A stretch of DNA of 63,495 nucleotides, counting the filler, from Reticulomyxa filosa (Eukaryota > Protista > Foraminifera), in NCBI GenBank assembly GCA_000512085.1. It is 16 parts of 16 records of this genome, joined end to end, with 100 filler letters (N's around TTAATTAATTAA, not from the genome) between each part and the next. Parts side by side here need not be neighbours in the genome. Positions count along the whole stretch, not along the records: positions 38,858 to 40,575 come from ASPP01009562.1; positions 40,676 to 44,082 come from ASPP01024462.1; positions 44,183 to 46,101 come from ASPP01015164.1; positions 46,202 to 49,068 come from ASPP01008440.1; positions 49,169 to 50,350 come from ASPP01001301.1; positions 50,451 to 53,035 come from ASPP01025804.1; 10 more parts are not named here. One strand, 5' to 3'. The position numbers and the translations under genes were made by a program. How positions within the stretch are numbered: position 1 is the first letter of the stretch; each line of letters begins with the position of its first letter. The notes beneath the pieces are model-generated. The model was not told where the DNA came from. It ran no database searches and saw nothing but the letters and a program-made list of their open reading frames with translations. Shown here piece after piece: positions 40,126 through 52,160 of the stretch.

Positions 40126-40500
40126 TTAATAGAAAACCATTCAGCTAATCAAGGTGTAGCCAATGGGTTTGCATTGCTGCCCAATGATCCTCCTCCACGT
40201 GTTGTGAAGAGACAAAATGGTGGATACAAAGGGATGATGACGCCAAGAGAAGGAAAGGCGGAAACCTTCTCGGAGCGGAAAGCTTGCAACACGGATGCGG
40301 ATGGTCTGTCGTCCCCTCAAATGACGCAAACGTATCCTCACTTTTCCACCGCCAAAGGAGGACGGCAAACGATGGGTGAAGTCAGGCCAATTGAAAACAG
40401 ATTCATTCGTCCCGTGACGAATGGCAAGCATAAAAACGGTGGAGACGTCCATACTTTGAAAAAACACACAAAAGAAGATGTTCGAAACAATAACGTTTAG
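39008..40500 (+). CDS. Tandem CCCH zinc-finger RNA-binding protein (TTP/ZFP36-like), partial
   Basis: GWCYYGKRCSFSHG-LQELRPVFRSKKWRTKCCRNWHTQRYCPYEHR/CQFLH shows TTP-type spacing; followed by a low-complexity poly-Q region. Confidence 0.8.
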
Positions 40501-40675
40501 ATAATTATTTATATACGTATAACAACGAATTTTTTTTTTAAAAAAAAAAAAAAAAAAAAACTAAAGAAAAATAAGNNNNNNNNNNNNNNNNNNNNNNNNN
40601 NNNNNNNNNNNNNNNNNNNTTAATTAATTAANNNNNNNNNNNNNNNNNNNNNNNNNNNNNNNNNNNNNNNNNNNN

Positions 40676-41847
40676 ATTTTTTTAAGCAATGTTGAATTCG
40701 CACATGTCTTGTGAGATTTGTCTTTCGTGTGAATGTTTGATGACATTCGGAACATTCAAATCGCGTTTGCTCTTGCTTTGGATTATGTCCTTGCAGATGT
40801 AATGTCAAAGTCCACTTCCTATTTTTTTATGTGTTATCGATAAAAATCTCTCTTTTAAAAAAGGAGAAGATATTGCAATGTAATATATCAAACCTGGAAA
40901 ACGCTTTGTCACAATGTTGACAAACAAATGGCTTTAATTTGTTATGACAAATTTCAATGTGTTTTTGCAAAGCATTTTTGGATCTAAATTGAGTATTACA
41001 ATAATCACAAATAGCAAATTTTTGATCTCTTTGCAAGTGTGTGATTGCATGATTCCTCAAAGCACTTAAACAGCCAAAGCTTTTTGAACAGCCATTAGCA
41101 TTACATTTCATTGGTTTCAAGTGCACATTTCGCGTGTGGCTACCTATTTAAAAAAAAAGCCATTAATTTATTTACTTGAAAATGATAAAAAATCAACTTA
41201 ACTCAATTTTCTTTTTGTTGGATATACGCTATTGCAAATTTCGCAAATATAGTTTTTGTGTCGATTTTTATAAACGGTTGAGTTTGAACATTTTTTTTTG
41301 TGTCTTAAACATTGTTGTATTGATGAGAACATCTCTAAACAATCCCAGCATGTTCTCCCTGTTGAATATGTTTTTATTAGATTGATCCAAAACATTTAAA
41401 AATAAATAAATTGTTTTTGTTTTTTTTTACTTACAATCTTCATTAAGACAATGCTTCTTGTGTGTTAAAATAGCTCCTTTATCTTTGAGAATGAGTTTAT
41501 CACAGCCTGGACACGATTGAACATCTTTCAATGGAGGAGAAGTTGAAACACTTCCAACATCGCTCGAAACATCCGAAAGTGCGTGTGCATCATTATTATG
41601 ATATTGTGCTTCATTTAAAAAAGTTTGTTGATGGTGGTTAATACAAGGGTTGGAATTGAGGTTTTGATAATCAAGATTATCTTCATTTTGTTGTAAATCA
41701 TTGTTGCGGCACCAGGGGCAGGACCCATGGAAAACACGGCTTTAGCAAGTCACTGACGTGCCGCGTAGTGCATTGACTATTTCTGTGACCTCTTTCGTCG
41801 TGTTCTTCGTTTTTCGTTCCAAACATTTTCTTACAAGCCAAATCCAT
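40676..41847 (-). CDS. Multi-C2H2 zinc-finger protein (multi-exon, partial; 5' end uncertain)
   Basis: CWDC..CLRHKKKC, CEICNSVY, CNANGCSKSF..HAITH, CDYC..HIEICH, KPFVCQHCDKAF, FECSECHQTFTRKTNLTRHVRIQH. Confidence 0.85.
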
Positions 41848-42052
41848 TGTACAAAAAGACATTCTTCAAGAAGACTAATGAAAAGATGACGAAGAGTGAA
41901 AAGCAAATTTAAGATGCTGAAGAAGGTAAAACGTATGTTTGTAGAAAATTTTTTTTAGAGAACTTCTTGACGAGTGCACAAAAACATTTGCCTTTTTTGA
42001 TGTTGGCTCAAAACATTATTTGGGTGATAACATTTTTAAAGTGTTATTTGTT

Positions 42053-43530
42053 TTATTGAGTTAGATCTTCAAAAAAATATTCGCGTGACGGGTTAAATGC
42101 TTTCATAGTGTCATCATCAACAGTACGATATTGGCCATCAACAATTAATTCGGACAAGAGTAATCCAGTAATTAATGAGTTTAAAATTCCCCAACAAGTG
42201 TGTCCAGTCCCAACGAACGCATTATTTGTTCCAGTGATTTTTCCAATTAATGGAATAGCATCACTGGTGCTGGGCAAATAGCAAGCTTGTTGTGTCAGCA
42301 GTGTTGACACATCGACACCCAAGTGCCTACCACTAATTTCACCTAAGCATTCATGTAACATCTGTGTCCTCTTCGAATCACATACAATATGAAGTGGATC
42401 CTCCGGCAAAGGAAGGATTTCTGAAAACCCACAACAATAAAAAGTGCCATCAGAGCGTGGATAAATTTCCAATTCGTTATTTTCTGAATCCTTGCTAACA
42501 TGATTCACAAAGTACGCATTGGCAGGTATATCCTTGGCATCCATTTTGCAAGGTTTAACCACGACCGAATTTGTTCTTCTTCCTGTTTTTCGATTTTGCA
42601 AATTTAATTGATGCAAAAAAAAAAAAAAGTGGTAAAAAAAACTATATACGTATACAAAAATACCGGTGAGATTTTTTAATTGCAAACATTCCGGAAACCA
42701 TTGGTAGGCTTGAGATGACCATGGTCCCATACAAATGACAACAGCATCGCAACGAATTAATTGCAAATTGGAAGTGCCTTCTCCTTCTTGCTTTTGTTGC
42801 TGTTTTTCAGTTTCATTAGTCTCTGTTCGAGAAGTTTCTTTTGTATTGGTAGGCTGTGGATCATTTGAAGACTTTTCCTCGGTTTCGGCTGACGGTAATG
42901 ATGTCGGTGAATACCATACTCCAGTCACCACTTGTTGTCGTTTCGAAGTATCATCACTAAATTGAATCCCTTTCACTGCCCCGTACACCAACTCATACTT
43001 TTTTTTTGTTTGCACAATTCTTTTGTGATAACTCGTGCAATAACTCGCACAAACGCTTTGGATGTATTTGAGCTGTGGTTTTTAAGGACCCCATCTCTTT
43101 ACATGCATCAACCGTGCAGTCCATCCATTCTGTTGCTTCATGCCTTTCATTGTCCTCTTTTGTTTTTGAAAATGTCGTCTTTGTTTTTATATCGTACGTA
43201 TTTAATCTTCGATAATATGTCTGATCCTTGTACGTTTCGCCAATTTGCGAGTGCAATTCAAATGACTTTTTTGCAAGGACATTTAATTCATCAATACACC
43301 AATCATATGCCAAAAATCCACCCGCTTTACCACTTGCTTTTTTTATTTTTTTTCCTCTGCCTTTTTCTTTCTTTTTTACCTCCTTTTCTTTTCTTACCCG
43401 CACATGCAATTCCACCTCTTTCAATCACGGTAACGTCCACGTTCCGCTCAGACAAATAATAGGCAGTTGCACTCCCCAAAGCACCTGCACCACAGACTAC
43501 GACATGCAATGGAGCTGTTTGCTGTGTCAT
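42053..43530 (-). CDS. FAD-dependent oxidoreductase, DAO family (TDA3-like)
   Basis: VVVCGAGALG Rossmann motif, IACA/ASGKAGGFLA, TTAQIHP, VICMGPWS, EIYPRSDG, QACYLP..PLIG..GHTCWGILNS; two introns and an A-run frameshift near 43000. Confidence 0.85.
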
Positions 43531-43873
43531 CTCTAAGTATTTTTGTCTCTGCCTTGTTGTATGTTTCTTTTTGCCAACTAAATCTTTTTTTCTAACTCCA
43601 ATATTTTTTAATGAATAAGCAGTAAGGCATTTTTTTCTCCTTTTGTTGATTGGCAATTGCATTTTATCTCGTAGGGCACAGATACTATAATTTTTAAATT
43701 TGGATGCCGGAAAAATTTTGAATTTAAAAATATTTTTAATTCATCGTTAGAATTGTGTATGTTCTATCAAAAATAGTTGTTCCCTGAGCTGTATGATGCA
43801 TTTACAGCAGCCTTTAAGTCAGTTCCGTTTCAGGTTGTATATGTGCTTTCAAAGCTACTACGAAAAAAGGAAC

Positions 43874-44062
43874 TCAAGCGATCTGGTTGGTTGGCGTGAT
43901 TTGAAGCTCACGTATGCAAGCTCTTTTAGGTAGCTTGTAAACATACAAGCAAGCATCAGCAATATCCTCTGGCAACAATGCACCATCAACTAAGGTTTTT
44001 TTCCAATCGAGGTAACCACCATAAATGTCACTTTTGTCTTTATTGTGCCCCAACAGCTCAGT
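43874..44062 (-). CDS. Last exon of a short-chain dehydrogenase/reductase (YdfG/DHRS11-like)
   Basis: TELLGH..YLDWKK/LVDGALLPEDIADACLYVYKLPKRACIRELQITPTNQIA* after an AG acceptor; one A-run frameshift. Confidence 0.65.
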   Translation of the reverse strand, partial: TELLGHNKDKSDIYGGYLDWKKTLVDGALLPEDIADACLYVYKLPKRACIRELQITPTNQIA

Positions 44063-44182
44063 CTATTTTATTTTTTTTTTTTNNNNNNNNNNNNNNNNNN
44101 NNNNNNNNNNNNNNNNNNNNNNNNNNTTAATTAATTAANNNNNNNNNNNNNNNNNNNNNNNNNNNNNNNNNNNNNNNNNNNN

Positions 44183-44251
44183 CAGCCGAAACTCAATGAA
44201 TTCAAAGCGTTCGATGACGCCCAGTCGCGTTGGGCGTTGGGGTTCATCCAT
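44183..44251 (-). CDS. capW: N-terminus of a CapW/BrxR-like WYL-domain transcriptional regulator, truncated by the contig end
   Basis: MDEPQRPTRLGVIERFEFIEFRL resembles the family start (GVxxRLEFIEFRL); GGGGAGG RBS upstream; divergent from the CBASS operon. Only 23 codons are visible. Confidence 0.65.
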
Positions 44252-44398
44252 GGATCTGCCTCCCCTCAGCCATAAACTTGACGAATCTATTAACTATACC
44301 TACATATATACACAACACATAGTTTCTTTCTTCTACCGCAATTCGGAATAAGATCGGCATCACATTCTGCACTTTCTGCGCAATTTGGAGGCTTTCGC
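44252..44398. promoter_or_regulatory. Divergent intergenic promoter region of the CBASS operon
   Basis: AT-rich island in a GC-rich contig; TTGACG at 44278; inverted repeat AACTAT (44292) / ATAGTT (44319); GGAGG RBS before the ATG at 44399. Confidence 0.5.
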
Positions 44399-45343
44399 AT
44401 GCCGCTGACGAATACCGAGTGCCGCTTCTATGACAGCAACGTTCTCCGCTTGCCGGACGACAAGCGTAAGCAATACCACGGGCAGGTCGACCGCCTGATC
44501 GCGGAGCTCACCCGAACTGTGCATGACCGGACCAAGATCAGGATCACCAAGGTTGTGAAGGCCGGCTCCTTCGCGAAGTTCACAATCCTTCGCAAAACCA
44601 GCATGGATCCCGTCGATGTCGATGTCGTCTTCTACATCTCCGGGAAGAGTATCGACCAGGTGACGCTCCAGTCACTCAACGACACGATCTACGAACTCCT
44701 TGTAGAAATCTATCCGACCAAAAACGTCGAGGACTTCGAAATCCAGCGCAAAGCCGCAAAGGTCACCTTCGTCGGCACCGGACTCAGCGTCGACATCGTA
44801 CCCGTGATTGAGGACGCTTCCCGCCCTGGGTACGGCTGGCAGTTCGATCTTCAAGACGGTTCGAAGACCGAAACCTGCGCCCCACGCCAAATCCAGTTCG
44901 TGCGCAATCGCAAACAGCAGGACGGTGACTTTAGGACGCTGGTTCGTATGGCAAAGAGGTGGCGCAATCAGGCGGAACTGTCGCCGCTCAAGTCCTACAC
45001 CATCGAGCTGATCATGGCTTACGTCCTGGACAAGGAGGGCGCCGGCGGCACCATCGAACAGCGCTTCCGCCGGTTCCTGCTGTTCATCGCCCAGTCTGGA
45101 TTGAAGACGGCCGTAAGCTTCCCTGAGAACTCCCGCCCCCTCGGCATCTTCGCCGATCCGGTCGTCATTATCGATCCCGTCGCGAGCTTCAACAATGTTG
45201 CCGCCCGCATCACCGAAGACGAGCGCAAGCAGATCGTCGCTGCCGCGCAGCAGGCCTGGGAGGCGGCCCACTTCGCTTCCGCTGAGAACGACAACGAGGT
45301 CTGGAAGGAACTCTTCGGACCGCGCTTCAAGACCGAGGAGTGA
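44399..45343 (+). CDS. CBASS cyclic oligonucleotide synthase (CD-NTase, CdnC-like)
   Basis: AGSFAKFTILR..DVDVVFY (GS plus DxD), VDIVPV, VRMAKRW, KSYTIELI, IIDPVASFNNVA, WKELFGPRF; intronless, GC-rich, with RBS. Confidence 0.93.
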   Translation: MPLTNTECRFYDSNVLRLPDDKRKQYHGQVDRLIAELTRTVHDRTKIRITKVVKAGSFAKFTILRKTSMDPVDVDVVFYISGKSIDQVTLQSLNDTIYELLVEIYPTKNVEDFEIQRKAAKVTFVGTGLSVDIVPVIEDASRPGYGWQFDLQDGSKTETCAPRQIQFVRNRKQQDGDFRTLVRMAKRWRNQAELSPLKSYTIELIMAYVLDKEGAGGTIEQRFRRFLLFIAQSGLKTAVSFPENSRPLGIFADPVVIIDPVASFNNVAARITEDERKQIVAAAQQAWEAAHFASAENDNEVWKELFGPRFKTEE

Positions 45344-45345
45344 CG

Positions 45346-45840
45346 ATGACCTACACCGCAACCGCGACTAGTACCTACACTATCGCTGACATCGAGGTCG
45401 TCGTGAGACGATTCACGGCCGACCTGGTCATGGTCGCGCAGAGTTCCGGGGCGATCTCCGAAACCGAAGCGCGAGAATATGCCCACGACGTCGACGAGCT
45501 GGCCAAGAAAGGCTACCTCAAAGAGGTCGATGTCACATTGATGTACGGCACTACCGAACTTCGCGCGCTCAAGTACACTGTCAACACAGCTGCCGGTGGC
45601 CTCGACATGAGTCGCCCGGGTAGCGCGCTGTGGCCCCGTGTTGCCGGTGCACATGTTCGCATCATCCTGAGCTATTCCGCCGCTTACACGGCTCCGGCTC
45701 GTGAGGCGATGAAGAGCAAGCTGAAGATCAACTGGGTTTCCACGATCGACAGTACCAGCCATCTCGCCCTCAGAGCGAACGGCGGCCGCGACTATTCGAG
45801 CAACGGCTGGGGCATGCAGCGCAAGGACTACACATCGTGA
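45346..45840 (+). CDS. cap7: Bacterial HORMA-domain protein of type III CBASS
   Basis: MTYTATATSTYT..RRFTADL..EYAHDVDELAKKGYLKEV..RDYSSNGWGMQRKDY matches the bacterial HORMA1 pattern; GAGGAG RBS lies in the CD-NTase 3' end. Confidence 0.88.
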   Translation: MTYTATATSTYTIADIEVVVRRFTADLVMVAQSSGAISETEAREYAHDVDELAKKGYLKEVDVTLMYGTTELRALKYTVNTAAGGLDMSRPGSALWPRVAGAHVRIILSYSAAYTAPAREAMKSKLKINWVSTIDSTSHLALRANGGRDYSSNGWGMQRKDYTS

Positions 45841-46101
45841 GCCAACCCAAGCTCTTCGACAGCGAGACCCCGCTGCCGGACGATGCGCTGACAAAGCGTG
45901 CCCAAGGGCTCCTGGGATTCGAGGCGAGGTACACCGGCGTTCACAATCAGCTTCGCCTCCTGCTCAGCGTTAACGAGTTGATTGGGTGGAACAAAAAACA
46001 CCATAAGGGCCAACTCGAAATCGGTCGCCTTGCAGGCGAGCAGTATCCTTTCGCCATCTTCCACGGCGATGTCGGCACTGGTAAGACTGCGACGGCGGAA
46101 T
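45837..46101 (+). CDS. cap6: TRIP13/Pch2-like AAA+ ATPase of type III CBASS, 3' partial
   Basis: GTGA overlap with the HORMA stop; Walker A motif FHGDVGTGKTATAE at the contig end. Confidence 0.85.
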
Positions 46102-46259
46102 NNNNNNNNNNNNNNNNNNNNNNNNNNNNNNNNNNNNNNNNNNNNTTAATTAATTAANNNNNNNNNNNNNNNNNNNNNNNNNNNNNNNNNNNNNNNNNNN
46201 NGAAAAGCTAAAGAAAAAAAAAAAAAAAAGGCGTTATCAGTACAACAACACAATTACCT

Positions 46260-46499
46260 CCAAGCCATCCAAACAATTTCGGTCGATGGAGAATACTGCC
46301 TGTTTTCGGTAACAGTTTAACACTATAATATGGTATCAAAAAACCAACTGTTGATAGTGCGATCACAGTATAAAATGTTCTGCCTCGCGACGATCGGATA
46401 AATTGTTTTTCTGATTCAGTTAAAGCGTATCGCTCTTCTTCTCCGAGTTGGGGTGCCCCAGGATGCACCCGTTTTTTTTTTTTTTTTTTTTTCGGACAT
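46260..46499 (-). CDS. Hypothetical small membrane protein, first exon
   Basis: ORF 46208-46468 with hydrophobic FYTVIALSTVGFLIPYY, then a GT donor. Confidence 0.35.
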
Positions 46500-48254
46500 T
46501 GTCATTGCTTACTTAACTCATTATTCTTTTTTGGTAAAATACGACGAGAGACAGATAAACAAGCATTCAACACATGTGATGACGCGCCAATGCCTCGTTC
46601 GCGTTCTTTTCCGCTTGGATCACTTCTACGAAATCCTCACGAGAGATTGACCTTTATTAATTGTTTTTCATTTTTTTTTTAAAGCTTTTAACAAAAATGT
46701 TCATATTCCAAGAAGCTCACTCTGTTACTTTTTTGAATTAAATTCTCTAGTCATTTTTCTTTAAGCTTAGATTTTTTCACCAATGTCGGGGACACACGTT
46801 TACTTGCAAAAAAAAAAGACTTCTTTTGTTATAATAAAAAAATGTTTTGTCAGTGTTTTAGAAGGTCTACAATTATTTTTATAAGTTTTAGTTTATTCCT
46901 TGAATTTAATTCTTTCAAAAATTTCTTCAATCAATAAAGAATTAAAAAAATAAATTATTGCGGATAAAAATTTTTAAAAACACAAAGATAATGATAAAAT
47001 CAAATGAAATAATAATCGAGCTCTCATGTGTTTACTTTTTGCCTCATCTCTCAACGCACCACAAAGCTCCAAAAATGCCACAAAAAAGAAGTTACGAAAT
47101 GTTTTGCTCTTTTAAGGATGTGAGCCAAATAATTGTATTTGGAAATTAGAATCAAAATATAGCCATTTGGATGACGACACAAGGAAAAAGGCTATCAAAG
47201 ATAAAAAAAACCAGCGAGCAGTAAAGTTAAATTTGATAAGGAAGAGATATTCATTAGTATTTTTTAACAGTGCTCGTTTCTTAAGACAAAAAGGTCTTTA
47301 CTGAATAGACAAAGACAGAATTTGCGAAATGCATTTCAAGACTTAGCACACGCACTTGGACACAATACAAAAGAATCCGAGCCTGATAGACCATATTTGA
47401 TGCGAATGGCTGTCTGCAGGATTAAAGAGCTAAGGGAAAAACTTGAAAAAAAATAGTTTTCCCTTTAAAATTGTAAAGTTTTACCTTTTATTCCACCAAT
47501 TGACCACTTTTGGAGAATAATATATTTCAGCTCAAAGTACTTACGAGTGAAATGATAAGGTAAATTTGTAGTATAGCAAAGACTAATATTTACTTTGATG
47601 TTACAATAAAAATAAGTTTAGTGAATTACGAATCTTGTGCCAGTTTGGCTTGATTTTTCTTTTGAACATATTTTTTTTTAAATTAAGAGATTTCATTTCG
47701 TCAAAATTACCAAAAAAGGTTTAGGGGGAAGCTTGAGGGAGGATTCACAACTTGATTACTCGAGAAAAACATTCTTCAAGCCTTTTTGCACTGAGTTTTT
47801 ACGTGCATAAAGGCTTGAACTCATTACCCTTAATGGGGTTAAAAGAATCTGACACGCCAAAAAAATATGCCAATAGTGTCGTATTTAGACAGAACATGTT
47901 GCCAATAAAATCCATTGTATTATTTGGGAAATAGCTTATTGTACAAAAATTAAAAGAATTCAATGCAGAGTAACTCCTCGTAGTCACAGATGTTCGATTG
48001 TCAGCCAAAGACAAATAAAAGTGACTAAAACAAGATGTGGATGAACAAGGATGAAAATACACTCATCTTTATCTCACAATGCATGCCAACAACATGTGAC
48101 GCAGGTGCTACTGCACACAACAGCAAACAAACAAAAAAGCAAACAGAAACAATCATAATACGACAAACAACAAAAACACAACACGACACAAAGCAATGCA
48201 AATAATGACACGCAAAACGAAAGGAAATTGTACTTATTTCATTGTTGTATGCCA

Positions 48255-48988
48255 TCACCAAATATTGTTGGTGATTCGTTGAAACATGTCATATTGAACT
48301 GTTCTCCAATTGCATGAACTCTCGTCGACAAGTTCATAAACATACTCCACGCATTTCTATAAAAATGTTGTATCGTTTGTGTAATGAAAGTGAAAGAATC
48401 AAACAGGTTGAGCTCACTACATAAAGACATGTCCATACAAACATACAAATATATAAACACGTATACCTCATTAGACAAATGTTCCGCGAATCTACTTTTG
48501 AAATCTTCAAGAGCAGATTGTCCGCCAATAAAGCATGGCATAGGTGCCCCTTCGAACATGATTTTGGCCAAAAGTAAGAACTTGCGGGCGTGTTTACGGA
48601 TTTCCATGAATCCGCGAATGATAAGTATTCGAAAATAGTTGAACATGTCACTTTTCTGTTCGCCACCCATGACCTGAATAAACTCCTCGGTCAATTTGAA
48701 GGGTGCGCTCTCGAATCCAACATTACCTCCCGGCGAATTGCTCATTATGAATCCAAAGTCAATGTGGATTATCCGCCCTTCGTTATCAATCAATATATTT
48801 CCATTGTGGCGGTCTTTCACTTGCAAAAAATAACACACCAAAGAATACGCCGCCATCGATTCCACAAAATTTTTCTGTGCCTTATCAAATGCAGAACTGC
48901 CAATTGGCCCAAAGTATTGTTCAAAAAAGTCGTGTAATGTGGTAAAATTTTTCACTCGGTGTTTGAGTGAAGACAAGCTACATGCGTT
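48255..48988 (-). CDS. Phosphatidylinositol 4-kinase (PI4KB/Pik1-type) catalytic C-terminus, 5' partial
   Basis: AQKNFVESMAAYSLVCYFLQVKDRHNGNILID..IHIDFGF..SPGGNVGFESAPFKLT; final exon ..WRTVQYDMFQRITNNIW*. Confidence 0.93.
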
Positions 48989-51900
48989 CTAACCATTATT
49001 GTTATTATATTTTTTAATGATTTGTATACGTCCCAAAGTATATGTGCGACAAAAAAAAAAAAAAAAAANNNNNNNNNNNNNNNNNNNNNNNNNNNNNNNN
49101 NNNNNNNNNNNNTTAATTAATTAANNNNNNNNNNNNNNNNNNNNNNNNNNNNNNNNNNNNNNNNNNNNATTTTTTTCTTGACACAACTCTAAACAATAGA
49201 AGAGTCTATTGCATATTTCATAAGTTTTTTCAAAGACAAGTGAAACGAAAATATGCAGATAGATTCGATTTGAACCTTTTTTTAGATTTAAAATATTAAA
49301 ATTAAGAAATTTTTTACAGTGAATATAATTTGATGAATATATCAGTGAGCTGGTGAAGATGTTTAAATTATTATTAAAAAAAAACAAAAAATTACAATTG
49401 GAACAAAAGACAACAAAATTGAGGCAAGTGTCACACTTACAATCGAATATGCCAAAACTTGGCATTATTTGACTTCACTTCACCTTGCTTGCTGGCACCG
49501 CAACCACCACTTTCCAATGTTCGATATGTGTTGTATTCGTTGAGACCTATGTGTATCCATCATACATGTTTTAAGTTTTTTCCGATCACATTATACAAAA
49601 AATATTATAACTTGGAATACAGGTTGCGCAGTTCACCATTTTCAATCAATCATGAGCGCATTACACTGATTTGGATCTTTCATTTTTTTTTTCAAATTAT
49701 ATGCTATTCAAAGCATAATACCATGATCCATTATCGATGCACTCCGTTGCTATTATCATTCCATTATTGCTGAGGATTCACTTCAGCGCCAATAATAATG
49801 TTAAAAGCAACAACTTATACACTTCCATTTGCACACATTTAAAGATCTATTCAAAAAGTTCAAGCAACACATACCACAAATATAAATAAATAATAATAAT
49901 AGACGTTTTATGTTAAATATGTACACATAAAACAAAAACTTTTCAGGTAATGGACCCAATCATGAATTATAGTGTCTAGATCACAGGAAAGAGATAGGCG
50001 CACAAATTACCAACAAAATGCCTTGGATTCTTGTGTTAGAATGTGCGCATTGGTTTCAACGATAATGCTTCTCATCAATTATCCCGTTATTTGGAACAAT
50101 TGAATTATGACTTGGAGGAAGCTAGTATCATTGAAATGCCCTTCCCCTAGAGCTGCCACTTTTTTGGGTGATGATCTTGTCAACGGCAGACCATTACACT
50201 TTTCGAATTTGAGTGATTCGGTTTTGATAACCGAACAATTCGTTAGTATCCACAGTGACGGCGTCTTTGAGATAAGAGAGGTGACATGAGATAGGAGAGA
50301 GGGAGGGCTCGACTGCTGACATAAAATATTGTACTCAGCAGGCCCAGTGCNNNNNNNNNNNNNNNNNNNNNNNNNNNNNNNNNNNNNNNNNNNNTTAATT
50401 AATTAANNNNNNNNNNNNNNNNNNNNNNNNNNNNNNNNNNNNNNNNNNNNTCGCTTGCATAACAAAGTGAATACCATATTAACAAATCATTTCCAAACTC
50501 AATTAAGAAACCACTCACAAAATAATTGCTACTCACAAGTGCGTGTTTTAAAGTAAGTAGTTACACCTCTTTCCGCAAATTCTCTTACTCTTCCATGTTG
50601 CTGAATGCTGCCACTTCACAACAAGATTTAGGATTACGTGACGTTTTGAGTTTTTGTTTATTAGTGTAAGACTCGATGTCTATTAATGTTGTGATAGCAT
50701 TGAGGGAAAATATTTGTTTCTAATTAAACAATAATCTTCTTTGGTTTGTCAACAATTTTTTGTCTCTAAATTATAAAAAGAGCTTTGCATAAATGAAAAA
50801 AATATTGCATTTTAGATTGATCACTTAACGTGTTCGACAATATTATCGCTACTCAAATCATTTTGAGAGACCTTGTCACAATGACGTTGATACATTAGTT
50901 TTACAATTTTCTCACGTCTCAGCAAACTTCATCGAGTTCAACAAGGAGTTGTAGTAATAATATTTTGTGAGAGATTATAGAAGTCACCACAGAGTTCTTT
51001 TTTAGATTCTTTTTGTGATGCTCGATCACCACCGCATGAAAGCGTCATTAATTTTTTAACATCAGACTTCGACAATTGCAATAGAAATGTATCTGCCAAA
51101 TAATTTCATTGGCCATTCATGATTTATATGCCAAAAATTTTGCATATTGATGATATTGAAAAAAAACAAAAAAGCAAATGCAAACTGTTGAGAAAGGACG
51201 CGAGCGTTATCTTATTCTCTCTATGTTTTATTGTCGTTTCGTCGTTCAGTCCTTTCAATTCAGTTTGTGCAATGCCTTAGTAAATCACCATGATAAAAAG
51301 AGATTGCATGAGTTTATGGGCAAATACACAATTGAATATTCAAAACGCCTGTTTGGGAAAAATTGTGTCAATATTTTTGAGTGCCATGCGCTGTCTTTGC
51401 TCTGCACACTTCTTGTTTGGTACTCTTGTTTATTTCTGTCATATGATTTATAAAAAGTATAAGTACAAATTTTTTGATCAGTTAGCATGTGATCCAATGT
51501 GTGGAAGATGTTTGAAGAGAGTACAGTGTGGTTGGGTGCGAATTTACGTTTTGAATTAGAAATTTGTTTGTCTATTTTTTTTTCGTATGAAAGACGTCCA
51601 TTGCTTATGTAACTTTGTTTTCTTCAACATTTCTGAAGTTGACTTTGACCAAACAATGAAGGCAAATTGTCAATCTTTAAATACAATTCTTCGTTTGTGA
51701 AATTTTTGTTTAATTTATCACTTCAATTTTCTTTGTTAGATCAATAAAAATTTAAAACTAAACAAGTTACATTTTGTCTTGAAACAACGGAAGAGCGCAC
51801 GTGAAAGACAAAAGCATTAATTAATTTCGATTAGTGGGCAAGTCAACTTAGACGTTTTCAGTGCTGCTGATAAACAAGTCATTAAAGATAAAAAAATTAA

Positions 51901-52160
51901 AAAAATGGAATCATCCCCTTTTTTGAGCTTCTCTTTGGTTGTCTAATTTTGTCTTTACATTTTCACAGAATTTTAATTTAGGCTATTTTTTGGTATTCTT
52001 TATTGAAATTGAATCTTATCCTTTGCTAGTACTTGTTTCTTTTTCGAATGTCGACGGAGCAATGTTCATTTACTCAATTTTGGCGGATGACCGAAGCCAA
52101 GGGATGGAAAAAGACTGAAGAGACGAAGTTCAATTAAAAAAGCGGAACTTTTCACAGGAG

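Noticed and set aside
44672-45894. Long antisense ORFs over the CBASS genes
   Set aside because: Shadow ORFs expected from GC-rich codon bias; no recognisable motifs
43874-46500. CBASS operon as a horizontal transfer integrated among eukaryotic genes
   Set aside because: Spacers bound it on both sides, there is no eukaryotic flank, and its composition and RBS/overlap structure are fully bacterial
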